Source of the DNA: a virus
Taxonomy: Duplodnaviria; Caudoviricetes
Virus record (IMG/VR): IMGVR_UViG_3300029969_000013
Location: 1-64,000 of that record
Reading direction: 5' to 3' (one strand)
Length of the DNA stretch: 64,000 nucleotides
This document shows, in pieces, positions 1-9,438 of the stretch. The position numbers and the translations under genes were made by a program. Every line of letters begins with the position of its first letter. The stretch's first letter is position 1. A model generated the notes under the pieces. It worked only from the letters and a program-made list of their open reading frames with translations, did no database searches and was not told where the DNA came from.

Positions 1-3
1 TCA

Positions 4-279
4 TTGAGCGGACTTGCAGGTGAGTTGAAGGGTACTTTGAATGCTAGAAACACTACTGCAGGTGTGAATCGTGTATCTGTAAAGTCTAACGAAATTTGGA
101 TACATTATAATGATGATATCAATTTAAACAATGTGATGACAGCTGTAATTGATACATTAAATTCAGCTAACTACCACATCTTAATATTTAATCGACTTGC
201 ACGTACAGATAATGCAATTGTATTTACTGTAAATGGTAATGATACTGCAAATGCAATGGAGCCGATGTCAAATGAATAA
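4..279 (+). CDS. 3' end of a hypothetical protein (ACT-like alpha/beta segment), probably truncated by the window start
   Basis: ORF is open from the window edge and overlaps the next start (ATGAATAA). Confidence 0.5.
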   Translation: MSGLAGELKGTLNARNTTAGVNRVSVKSNEIWIHYNDDINLNNVMTAVIDTLNSANYHILIFNRLARTDNAIVFTVNGNDTANAMEPMSNE

Positions 280-598
280 AAAGCTTCCGATAACAGAGGA
301 ATTAGATTTTCATTATCTTTTGAACTTAATGCCGCTTCTACACAATGAACCAGAATATTCATGGTTACCAGAATTATTTTCTACTATTGATTATGGAAAT
401 CTCATAAAATTATGTAACTATGCAGGTGGTGAAGTGATTAAGATTCCTACATTAAATCAACTATCTACTAGTATAGATTCACTTCAGTGGTTCTATGATA
501 CAGAGATTTCTCATAAGAAGGATGCTGATGAAATACCATTGCAGTATAAAGATCTTGTGTTGAAAATAAAGGAGATATACAATGCTAGAAACTGTTAA
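272..598 (+). CDS. Putative Mor/C-type transcription activator family protein
   Basis: NLIKLCNYAGGEVIKIP resembles the Mor-family L..lC..fGG..iyIP motif; GGAG Shine-Dalgarno (SD) before ATG 272. Confidence 0.45.
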   Translation: MNKKLPITEELDFHYLLNLMPLLHNEPEYSWLPELFSTIDYGNLIKLCNYAGGEVIKIPTLNQLSTSIDSLQWFYDTEISHKKDADEIPLQYKDLVLKIKEIYNARNC

Positions 599-779
599 AG
601 CTTGTATTGAAGATGCTCCTAAGACATCATTTTCTGAATTTTTTCAAGAGTATGTATTAAGTGTACAAGATTCAAACATTGACAGAGAGTTCAAATATCT
701 AGTGAATCGAAACATTCTAGGTGTTACTAATATGTCAGCTCTAATTCAAAATACAATAGAAAGGTTGAAATTGATATGA
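582..779 (+). CDS. Hypothetical protein
   Basis: ORF with AAGGAG SD, coupled to its neighbours. Confidence 0.6.
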   Translation: MLETVKACIEDAPKTSFSEFFQEYVLSVQDSNIDREFKYLVNRNILGVTNMSALIQNTIERLKLI

Positions 780-1084
780 TTACAGCTACAAATTTGCAAT
801 GTGCATATAATGATCTGTACAAAGAAGTGCGTAGATATATATGGGACTTTGAAACTGTAAGTGCGCTTGCAGATTTAGAAGTTGCTACATATCAAACATT
901 TCCAGATATAGATCAACTTAAGATAGCTTTCGGTACGTTCAAACGATATGTAGATAGTACCGGGTTGTTACGTGATGATGAAGATCTAAAACGTGCATTC
1001 GATGCATTTGATGAAATTTTATCGGATGATGATCTTGAGTTATATGCAAATATTAAATCATTCCAGGAGGTACCTGTATTATGA
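776..1084 (+). CDS. Hypothetical protein
   Basis: ATGA overlap with both neighbours. Confidence 0.7.
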   Translation: MITATNLQCAYNDLYKEVRRYIWDFETVSALADLEVATYQTFPDIDQLKIAFGTFKRYVDSTGLLRDDEDLKRAFDAFDEILSDDDLELYANIKSFQEVPVL

Positions 1085-1272
1085 GTAAAAAGATACGAAT
1101 TATGAAATCAAAGGTAACTGCAAATTCTGAGCCAGCACCTACAGCATATTCAGAAGCAGTAGATCATATTCAATCAGCTATTCAAGCATTGAGTGAGGCT
1201 GCTAAGAATGGAGATGTAATTGCAAAAGAGTCTATTGCAAATCTCGGTGTTGTAATGCTTGACTTAAAATAA
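1081..1272 (+). CDS. Small hypothetical protein with basic leader (KVTANS)
   Basis: GGAGG SD; basic N-terminus followed by a helical body. Confidence 0.7.
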   Translation: MSKKIRIMKSKVTANSEPAPTAYSEAVDHIQSAIQALSEAAKNGDVIAKESIANLGVVMLDLK

Positions 1273-1286
1273 TCCGGAGGTGTTCT

Positions 1287-1802
1287 ATGGATGACATCAA
1301 AACTGTTGATAGTTCAGAAGTAGTTTACGACCCTGTATACCAACGACAAAAAGAGGGCGTGGCGAAAATGCGTACGTCCTTATTGGCGTGTACAGACGAA
1401 AACGGAATAACGATTCGTGGTACAATTGAATCTATCACAGCAATGCGAATATATCATCAAATGATGAGAATTATCAAATATACAGAATTAATGGACAAAA
1501 TAGAGGATAAGTTATACAAGTCTATTGATAATTTGATTGATACTGCTCCTAATGACACTCAAACATTAATTCAGCTTCTTACTATTCAAGAGCGACTACA
1601 AAAGAGCATGATTGAATCTCATAAGCTATTACAACCATATTTGGACATTAAAGAATTTTCTGTAGTAGATCTTGTACCTCAAGAATCTACAGCTTCCTCT
1701 GGTTCTCAGTTGAATATGAATTCTGAAGATCGTGATAGACTTCGTTCTAATGCTCAACAAGTTCTTCTTCAATTGAAAGAAGGTGGGATGATTGCAGGTT
1801 GA
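1287..1802 (+). CDS. Hypothetical protein, candidate terminase small subunit
   Basis: Helical 171 aa ORF immediately upstream of and overlapping terL; assignment is positional only. Confidence 0.45.
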   Translation: MDDIKTVDSSEVVYDPVYQRQKEGVAKMRTSLLACTDENGITIRGTIESITAMRIYHQMMRIIKYTELMDKIEDKLYKSIDNLIDTAPNDTQTLIQLLTIQERLQKSMIESHKLLQPYLDIKEFSVVDLVPQESTASSGSQLNMNSEDRDRLRSNAQQVLLQLKEGGMIAG

Positions 1803-3741
1803 TGAAACATATGCTTCGTTGCCGGAGAGAATTCAGAAAATATTTGCCAACTGTAATGAGGTTGAACAGCAATATTTGTTACAGATTCTAGAAGAGCTTA
1901 GTGAATCTGATTGTGGATATTCTAAAACATATGAGGATATTTGGTTATCTGATTACAAAGAAATACCAGTAGATATTGACACATTCTTGGAGTCTGAAGC
2001 ATATCTTGGAAAAACAAATAGGTGCGGAGATGCTGTATATCCATTTTGGCGTAATGAGCTTAGAAACTTTTTCGGTGCTGGTAATCAGTATCATGAATGG
2101 ATTCTTACAGGTGCTACTCGTATCGGTAAATCATCTACAGGTATTTCAGGAACAGCTTACATGCTATATAGATTGATGTGTTTGCGAGATCCTCAAAAAT
2201 ACTTCAACAAGAAAGACGTTTCTAAGTTCTCTATATTGTTCTTCAATATCACAAAAGATTTAGCAAAAGGTGTAGCGTTTCGTGAGTTTAATGATACGCT
2301 CAAGGCAAGCCCTTGGTTCAATGCACATGGTACATTTTCTACTAGTGAGCGCGATTTCTATTATATTCCAGAGGGTGGAAAAATAATTATTGACTATGGT
2401 TCAGATGCTTCGCATGGTTTAGGACAGCAAGTATTTGTAGGATTCATGGATGAGTGTAACTTTAGTAAAGCTGGTATCAAAGATGTAAACAAAGCTAAAG
2501 CACACATGAAAGATACATACAATACAATTTCAGCCCGTGTTAAAGGTACATTCAAACACGGTGGTGAAGTATTTGGTAAAATATTCGCAGTTAGTTCTAA
2601 ACGTAGTGATAGTGACTTCATGGAAGCATATGTACAAGAACAACTTAGTGCAGGTGCTGGTGATCACATGTATATATCAGATGCACCACAATGGGAAGTG
2701 CTTCCAAAAGACACATTTGCTAAAGAAACATTTTATATTGCAGTAGGTGATAGACATCACAAAGGCTTTGTTGTTCCTGATAATCAATGCTTCCCTGAAG
2801 CTTTAGAAGATTTAAGAAAACAAGGTTACAGATTGCTACAGCCTCCAATAGATATGAAATCCGATTTCATTGCAGATTTTAACATTGCACTTCGAGATCT
2901 TGCTGGTATAGCTGTTACTGGTACAATGTCATTCATTACTCAGGACGCAATCACACAATGTACCAATACAGATCGTAGAAATCCATTTTATTCTGATATA
3001 TTAGAAATTGGTACAAAAGATAATTTCACTATTGAAGAATTTTTCCATATGAAAGAAGTTCCTCCAGAGTTGAAACGAACTCCTATATTTATACATCTTG
3101 ACTTATCATTAAATATTGACCGAACTGGTATATCTGGTGGAGGTATAACAGGTCATAAAGACATTACAAATAAAGAAGGTGCAAAAGTATCATTACCATT
3201 TTTATCACATCTATTTTCAGTAGCTATTCAAGCTCCTAGAGGTGACAAGATAGCATATGGTAAAATTGTTGCATTTATATGTTGGTTACGTAAATCAGGA
3301 TTTCGTATTGAACGAATAAGTCGAGACCAGTTCCAAAGTGAATATCTTGGACAAGTTTTAGAACAAGAAGGGTTCACGGTTGATAAGCTATCACTTGATA
3401 GAACAGCTGATGGTTATACAGCACTTCGTTCCGTTTTACTTGAAGAGCGTATTGATCAGTTGGACAATAAATTGTTACAAGATGAACTTGTTCATCTTCA
3501 ACGTGACAGTATAACAGGTAAAGTAGATCACCCAGCTGGTGGTAGTAAGGACGTTGCAGATAGTCATGCAGGTTGGGTATGGAATGCTATCAAAAATAAT
3601 CCAGGTGTTATAATACCTGCTAAAAAAGTTGTATCTGCTATTGCAGCTGTTAATAATTCACGTCAACGTGGGGCAACATTACCTAGTATGTTCCCTAATT
3701 TGAATATAGTCAGCACATCTAAAAACAAATTTAAACGATGA
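1792..3741 (+). CDS. terL: Terminase large subunit
   Basis: Walker A TGATRIGKS, Walker B VGFMDE, RNase H-like nuclease IHLDLS...DHPAGGSKDVADS. Confidence 0.93.
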   Translation: MQVDETYASLPERIQKIFANCNEVEQQYLLQILEELSESDCGYSKTYEDIWLSDYKEIPVDIDTFLESEAYLGKTNRCGDAVYPFWRNELRNFFGAGNQYHEWILTGATRIGKSSTGISGTAYMLYRLMCLRDPQKYFNKKDVSKFSILFFNITKDLAKGVAFREFNDTLKASPWFNAHGTFSTSERDFYYIPEGGKIIIDYGSDASHGLGQQVFVGFMDECNFSKAGIKDVNKAKAHMKDTYNTISARVKGTFKHGGEVFGKIFAVSSKRSDSDFMEAYVQEQLSAGAGDHMYISDAPQWEVLPKDTFAKETFYIAVGDRHHKGFVVPDNQCFPEALEDLRKQGYRLLQPPIDMKSDFIADFNIALRDLAGIAVTGTMSFITQDAITQCTNTDRRNPFYSDILEIGTKDNFTIEEFFHMKEVPPELKRTPIFIHLDLSLNIDRTGISGGGITGHKDITNKEGAKVSLPFLSHLFSVAIQAPRGDKIAYGKIVAFICWLRKSGFRIERISRDQFQSEYLGQVLEQEGFTVDKLSLDRTADGYTALRSVLLEERIDQLDNKLLQDELVHLQRDSITGKVDHPAGGSKDVADSHAGWVWNAIKNNPGVIIPAKKVVSAIAAVNNSRQRGATLPSMFPNLNIVSTSKNKFKR

Positions 3742-5318
3742 AAGGTTGGATTAATATGACAATGAGAAACCTTCTCAAACCCGGAGATTTTGTATCCCTA
3801 GTACCTGTAGGTGTACATCTTACACTTCAGTATAATTCTGATGGTAATATCGAAAAAGTATATACTGGATTCAAAGAATCTAGAGTAGATCATTCTAATG
3901 AATTAAGATCGTCATTAGTTCAAAATCATATTGTACCTGGTAAAGTTCATATCAAACATGGGACAAGCTGGGTAATGGGTGTATTATACACAAATGAGCT
4001 TTTCAATGATACAGGACATTTACCTGAGTGTGTACAAGCTTCATTGTTGAGTGCGTATATCAAACATCCTGAGCATTTTAACTTCTTCGCATTTGACTTT
4101 GAAAGTACAATGACTGAATTCAAAGGAGCTACTCCGATTAGACAAGCATTGGCGATGTCAAGATTCAATATTCTTCCAGGATGGCTTGTACCTAGCAGTT
4201 TTACTGACAATACAGTAAATACTTGGATAAATAGCCCTCAGTACACATTCAATCATATAATCACAAATTATATTGTATATCATAAAGGTACCGTAAATTA
4301 CATTTCAGCAAATACATCACAGTTTGTAGCAAATAAGGTTGTCAAGTATACAGACATGAATGGATATGTCAAAGGTAAAATATATGAAAATTCAGAAGTA
4401 CATATGTGTGTGGATTATTCAGATGTTGTACGTTTGAATATTCAGCCGAATACTCTATTGATTGTAGATAATACAAATCAGCTGATATTCGCAAAGCCGA
4501 CAGATAATAAGAAACGTGATAAGCGTCCTAGCTCTATAGTATGTAAATGCTGTGGTAAAACATACCAAGTACCTTATACAGGAGTTGTACAGTGTCCTGA
4601 TACACATTGTGTTTCCAAACTTCTACCTAATGTGATTCAATTTTTCAATACGTTAGGTATTGTAGCTCCTGCTTCTGAAACTATTACAGATTGGTTAAGT
4701 TCTCAAAAGATATTATGTATTCCTGACATCTTGTCACTTAAAGATTATCAGGAATTAGAAGTTGATGTGACAGTTTCAAAGCTGTTGAGAGCTATTGTCC
4801 CTGTTTCTGTAATTCCAAGAGATGATATATTCATCTTATTTGCAAATGCTTGTAACAACAATGTAAAATCTGTTCGTTACTATGTTAACAATCCAGCGCT
4901 GATTACAGCTGATTTAGGACTTACCCATGCGGATCTTCCTAAACTTTTGAATTGGCTGAATGATGATTGTAATGCTACAGATATACAGTCTCTACTAGAT
5001 GCTCCTCAGCTTAAATTTAAGAATTTGGATAAGCGTTTTGATGGACCGCCAATATTCCGAAATAAATTAATCTATATAACAGGTGAATTTATACGTGGTA
5101 ATTCGGCAGAAATTGCTGCTATACTGCAAAGTTATTCAGCACGAGTTACTTTACAATTCTCTGAAGATGTACATTGTGTATTAGTAGGTGGTCGCAATGA
5201 AAATATAGATGGACGTTCTATCACATCGGCACACAATCTAGGTATATCTGTAATGGATGAGGAATCGTTTTTTAATTATTATCAGATTGATGAAGATCTG
5301 AAAGCGAACCTTGTATAA
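3738..5318 (+). CDS. NAD-dependent DNA ligase-like protein, apparently catalytically inactive, with Zn finger, HhH and BRCT
   Basis: LigA-like domain order: LVPVGVHLTLQY (aligns to EPKxDG, no Lys), FFAFD, OB-fold YSDVVRLNIQPN, CKCC..CPDTHC, C-terminal BRCT IFRNKLIYITGEF..GISVMDEESF. Confidence 0.75.
   Translation: MKGWINMTMRNLLKPGDFVSLVPVGVHLTLQYNSDGNIEKVYTGFKESRVDHSNELRSSLVQNHIVPGKVHIKHGTSWVMGVLYTNELFNDTGHLPECVQASLLSAYIKHPEHFNFFAFDFESTMTEFKGATPIRQALAMSRFNILPGWLVPSSFTDNTVNTWINSPQYTFNHIITNYIVYHKGTVNYISANTSQFVANKVVKYTDMNGYVKGKIYENSEVHMCVDYSDVVRLNIQPNTLLIVDNTNQLIFAKPTDNKKRDKRPSSIVCKCCGKTYQVPYTGVVQCPDTHCVSKLLPNVIQFFNTLGIVAPASETITDWLSSQKILCIPDILSLKDYQELEVDVTVSKLLRAIVPVSVIPRDDIFILFANACNNNVKSVRYYVNNPALITADLGLTHADLPKLLNWLNDDCNATDIQSLLDAPQLKFKNLDKRFDGPPIFRNKLIYITGEFIRGNSAEIAAILQSYSARVTLQFSEDVHCVLVGGRNENIDGRSITSAHNLGISVMDEESFFNYYQIDEDLKANLV
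5307..5317 (+). promoter_or_regulatory. Class A motif AACCTTNTATA (representative copy, before portal)
   Basis: Recurs at 5307, 9167, 14018, 18743, 33779, 37733, 38116, 38133, 52610, 62777, mostly in front of structural genes. Confidence 0.65.
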
Positions 5319-5339
5319 ATATAATAGAGGTGAATAATT

Positions 5340-6833
5340 ATGTCTAGAATCATAAATAAGTTGTTGAAACGTGGACACAAATATGAACATAAGAAGTCTT
5401 GGCTTCGTAATGTTGTATCAGGTTCGTTTTTGAAAATGTCTGATCTTAGAGGTAGCACAGATATTGATGATATAAAAACTAAGATTGATACTATGCGTGC
5501 TCTCGCTAATGACTCTCAAATCAGCACAGCACTTTCATATTATGCAACTGATGCTACAACTGCAAATACTAAAGGCCAGATAATTTGGGCGACTTCTGAT
5601 AACAAAGAGTGTGCTAGAATTATAAATGGCCTATTCAAACGCTGGAATATTAATTTGTATGTACGAGATCATATATTGGAATTAGCTACTATTGGAAACT
5701 TCTATATGCCCACTACATGGATGTATAATGATTATTCTAAATCATCTATACATATGGGTGTAGGTCTTGATAATAATACAATTCCTGATGATAAGTATGA
5801 TATGGTACCAGCATATATGATACCACCTGAGGATATAATCCACATATGGCATGAAGGTCAGCCCCAAGGTTATATCTATCAGCCTGAAGACGGCATACAG
5901 GATTATGTTTCATATCCAGAAGATTCTGTAATTCATTTTTCATTAGGTGGATTGCTAGGAAAATATACAATTGATACACGTAATCCAGATGGTACAGAGG
6001 ATACTTACGACATTCAGTTTGCTGAGCCTCTCATGAGTAATGCAGTATCTCCTACACAGACATTAAGTCTATTAGAGGACTCATTGTTATTATCTTCATT
6101 AAGCCGTATCATAAAATTTATAAATGTAGATTGTCAAGATGCTGAAGAGGAAGAGGTTCAAAATATCTTACAACAGATGAAGGATACTATTGAGCAGCAA
6201 TTGTCTTTGAATACTGCAACAGGCGATGCTCAAAGTTTCGTAAATCCTCAAAGTCCCAATAATCTGATTTATTTAGCACAAGTAAATGGTAAAGATGCTG
6301 TTTCTATTACAGATTTGAATATGGCAGAAGCTACTGAAGCAGATAATAGCTTGCTTGATTATTATCAAAACAAAAAGTTATCTGTATTAGGTGTTCCTAA
6401 AGAAGCAATGAATTTCTCTTCTGCAGAGGGGTTAGGAAATGCTGGTACTGTAATGTCACAACGTTCAGCATTGTATGCAAACATTCTAGAACGATTAATG
6501 AATGCATACAAAGAAGGATGGAGAACTGCTATAAATGCATATTTTAGGATAAACGGATATAGTGGATATGTAGATAAGTTTGATCTGCATATGAATCCAA
6601 TCATTACTACACAATCAACTGTTCAATTTGAGAAACGTGATGCAGCGCTTAACCAAGCTACTACTCTTATAGAACTGCTTAAGAACATAGGTATTCAAGA
6701 TGCAGATAATTATCGTGATTCGCTTGTAGAAATTCTTTCTGAAGTGTTCCCACAGATTGGTGCAGACATTCCAGGATGGGATATTCATACTGACGGAGCT
6801 GATCTGGGAGGAGGCGATGGTGATGTTCTCTAA
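5340..6833 (+). CDS. Portal protein (T4 gp20-like)
   Basis: About 500 aa after terminase; RDHILELATIGNFY, LEDSLLLSSLSR, ALGVPK-type motif VLGVPKEAM. Confidence 0.8.
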   Translation: MSRIINKLLKRGHKYEHKKSWLRNVVSGSFLKMSDLRGSTDIDDIKTKIDTMRALANDSQISTALSYYATDATTANTKGQIIWATSDNKECARIINGLFKRWNINLYVRDHILELATIGNFYMPTTWMYNDYSKSSIHMGVGLDNNTIPDDKYDMVPAYMIPPEDIIHIWHEGQPQGYIYQPEDGIQDYVSYPEDSVIHFSLGGLLGKYTIDTRNPDGTEDTYDIQFAEPLMSNAVSPTQTLSLLEDSLLLSSLSRIIKFINVDCQDAEEEEVQNILQQMKDTIEQQLSLNTATGDAQSFVNPQSPNNLIYLAQVNGKDAVSITDLNMAEATEADNSLLDYYQNKKLSVLGVPKEAMNFSSAEGLGNAGTVMSQRSALYANILERLMNAYKEGWRTAINAYFRINGYSGYVDKFDLHMNPIITTQSTVQFEKRDAALNQATTLIELLKNIGIQDADNYRDSLVEILSEVFPQIGADIPGWDIHTDGADLGGGDGDVL

Positions 6834-7176
6834 GTCATTATCAAACACATTTTTCCGAGAGTTAAAGCAGTATAACAGTACAAATTTTAAATCTCTTCAT
6901 AATGCAGAACTTAATGATGACAATCCTGAAATCATGAAAGCATTCAGTAGTGTGATAACTAGATACTTTATATTCTGTGAGAAACATCCGGAACTGTCTG
7001 AAACTGAAAAGCGAATGCTATACTTCCAGTTAAAGATTGATATGGTAGCTCGTTTCTTCTCTAACTATCCTAACACTAATACAGATGATTTAATAGCGTT
7101 CCAAACTGAATTACGTTATTATATCAAAGAGTCAGAAAGTGGTGATGAATATGTCGAGTCAACCATTGCGATATAA
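6823..7176 (+). CDS. Hypothetical protein
   Basis: GGAGG SD before ATG 6823. Confidence 0.7.
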   Translation: MFSKSLSNTFFRELKQYNSTNFKSLHNAELNDDNPEIMKAFSSVITRYFIFCEKHPELSETEKRMLYFQLKIDMVARFFSNYPNTNTDDLIAFQTELRYYIKESESGDEYVESTIAI

Positions 7177-7762
7177 TATATCAGATTGGCATCAATTATC
7201 TGATACAAAGTCGAATAACAGTAGAGATCTTCACATATCTGTTACAGATATCATACAAGATGCTCGACTTACTGGACTAAGAATACAACTGCATCATAAA
7301 TCTTTTGGTGTGTTATTTGCATGTGTATTGAATGCTCAAGGCAGTATGGTAACTGAATTCAATGATAATCTTGTTGTAGAATTCACAGCAGAACAAATTC
7401 TTGCTGAATTGAAGAAATATGGATATTTGATTACATTTGAACCTCGTGCACATTTACCTGGTAATCAGTTGCAATATCTCATGACACTTAGAGAACTGGG
7501 ATATGATAAACTCAGAGTAATGCAGGTATATACATATGACATCACTGGAACTAGACAATTCCAATGGTATGTTATTGCATTCAATATTCATGATGAAAAC
7601 TGGTTAAATAACGGATATTCAATACCTGAAAAGGAATTTCTTGATGCACTTAAAGCTGGTAAATGTGTGAACATATCGGCTATCAGTAAGACACAGAGAT
7701 GGTCATGGAGTTGGCTTGATTATGTAGCTAATATTGATGATATATTGGAGGACAATGCATGA
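7151..7762 (+). CDS. Hypothetical protein
   Basis: Coupled ORF, GGTGA SD. Confidence 0.7.
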   Translation: MSSQPLRYNISDWHQLSDTKSNNSRDLHISVTDIIQDARLTGLRIQLHHKSFGVLFACVLNAQGSMVTEFNDNLVVEFTAEQILAELKKYGYLITFEPRAHLPGNQLQYLMTLRELGYDKLRVMQVYTYDITGTRQFQWYVIAFNIHDENWLNNGYSIPEKEFLDALKAGKCVNISAISKTQRWSWSWLDYVANIDDILEDNA

Positions 7763-7998
7763 GGAATAAATTTGATCCAAAACATATAAGGAGTATATGT
7801 AAGGATGTTGATCCTGATACAGTTCCATCAATGGACGCACAAACAGCTCTTGACGAATTGTGTAGATACTTCTTAGGTTCTGATTGGTATGATGAATCGG
7901 GACTTATACATCCAGAACAAATAAATGTAAACATTGTATGTGCAATTGAAAAGCAATACAAAGGTGCAAAGTTAAAACGCAAAGTAATATATGAATGA
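7759..7998 (+). CDS. Hypothetical protein
   Basis: GGAGG SD, ATGA overlap. Confidence 0.65.
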   Translation: MRNKFDPKHIRSICKDVDPDTVPSMDAQTALDELCRYFLGSDWYDESGLIHPEQINVNIVCAIEKQYKGAKLKRKVIYE

Positions 7999-8008
7999 GA
8001 GGTGATAA

Positions 8009-8548
8009 ATGATGTCTGTTATGCTTATAGGTGAAGATATTAAGCTTATGAGAGCAAGATATGACGAAGCCCTTGAGATGCAAGGAATACCTTGTAAGTA
8101 TCAGTTTCCTAATATGGCTACTACAAATGAACAAGGTGAGCCACTTGTTGATAGCTATTCTGATATGATTGAAACTCATATATTCTTCGAAGGTACACCA
8201 AAAGTAAAAACATTCAAACGTTTAGGTTGGGTGGTTGAAAATGATAAAGATTTACCTTTCTTATTACATTGTAGTTTTAATTTACCAAATCTACAGAAAG
8301 ATAGCTTATTTCATCTTTCAGGACAGTACACAGGTATGCCTGATAGAGTATTCAGAGTTACAGAATTGACCTGTGATATGCAAGCTCCTGACCATATGAT
8401 TGCACAAGTAGTACCTGTATATGATAAACAGACTGTCGGTAAGACGAAGAAAGAAAGACAGAATACATTCAACACAAGCAATCACTTCTTATCTGAACCT
8501 ACAGATTATAGAGGTCAATATATATCAGAACAAGAAGGTGAACAGTAA
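8009..8548 (+). CDS. Putative head-closure/neck protein
   Basis: Position before terminator-like protein and sheath; beta-rich. Confidence 0.45.
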   Translation: MMSVMLIGEDIKLMRARYDEALEMQGIPCKYQFPNMATTNEQGEPLVDSYSDMIETHIFFEGTPKVKTFKRLGWVVENDKDLPFLLHCSFNLPNLQKDSLFHLSGQYTGMPDRVFRVTELTCDMQAPDHMIAQVVPVYDKQTVGKTKKERQNTFNTSNHFLSEPTDYRGQYISEQEGEQ

Positions 8549-9168
8549 TGTTATATCTGTACGATGAAGCAATTGTAAATGATTTGAAACGATCATTCAA
8601 TCCAAACGCTGTAGAAAATCCTGTTGTAAGTGTTGTTTCACCAGATAGAATTGTAGATATAGCTGCACAATTGCAGAATGATGAAATATCATTTCCTATT
8701 GTAGCACTTACTCGAAATGATGATACATCAATTGATACAAATCTTACTAATTTTACTCGTATGCATAAAGGTGTAGCTACTGTTATTGATCCAAAAACAA
8801 ACAACTTGTATTATGAACAGTCTATTCCTTTGAAGCTTGAGTATGCATTAACTGTACTTGCAACAAATACAGCTGATATGGATGAGCTTGTACGTGAATT
8901 GATATTTAAGTATACAAGAATGTATTTTTTGACTATTACATTACCATACGAAGGTCAACGAAAAGTGAGATTTGGTGTAACTGTAGATTCAGATTCTGGT
9001 ATAGAACGATCTTCAGGTATAGTTGAATACTTAGAGTCTGGGCAGCTGTACCAGTCTATAATCCATCTTAGATGTGAAGGTTGTGTATATGTCAAATATA
9101 CTCCTATGCATTTGAAGCGTACACAGCATGAAATTGTACCTACAGCTGTAAATCCTTCAAAACAGTAA
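8548..9168 (+). CDS. Putative tail terminator/completion protein (T4 gp15-like)
   Basis: YLYDEAIV...FPIVALTR...KLEYALTVLATNTADMDEL pattern, directly upstream of sheath. Confidence 0.55.
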   Translation: MLYLYDEAIVNDLKRSFNPNAVENPVVSVVSPDRIVDIAAQLQNDEISFPIVALTRNDDTSIDTNLTNFTRMHKGVATVIDPKTNNLYYEQSIPLKLEYALTVLATNTADMDELVRELIFKYTRMYFLTITLPYEGQRKVRFGVTVDSDSGIERSSGIVEYLESGQLYQSIIHLRCEGCVYVKYTPMHLKRTQHEIVPTAVNPSKQ

Positions 9169-9204
9169 CCTTATATATTTACATAACAATGTGAGGTGAG
9201 AAGT

Positions 9205-9438
9205 ATGATTTATAAAAATATGTCACGCACCACAAAAACTTTTTATGGTGTGCAATTCAAACCTGGCGAAGAGCATGAAGTGCCTGGGTACATCAACCAT
9301 CCTAAGTTTTTGAGACTTTCGGCCTTCTCTCCTAAGCTGGATGAATCATCTAATGTTGTAGAAACAACTAAGAAGACGTCGACGTCAAAGACTACTAAGA
9401 AGGAGGTAACCGCTAATGGCACAGATAACAATAAATGA
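9205..9438 (+). CDS. Small hypothetical protein with K/T/S-rich tail
   Basis: GAGGTGA SD; typical small gene before sheath. Confidence 0.6.
   Translation: MIYKNMSRTTKTFYGVQFKPGEEHEVPGYINHPKFLRLSAFSPKLDESSNVVETTKKTSTSKTTKKEVTANGTDNNK

Noticed and set aside
1792-3741. Intein or intron in terminase, helicases or capsid
   Set aside because: Lengths are ordinary, with no C/S...HN junctions or LAGLIDADG/HNH inserts
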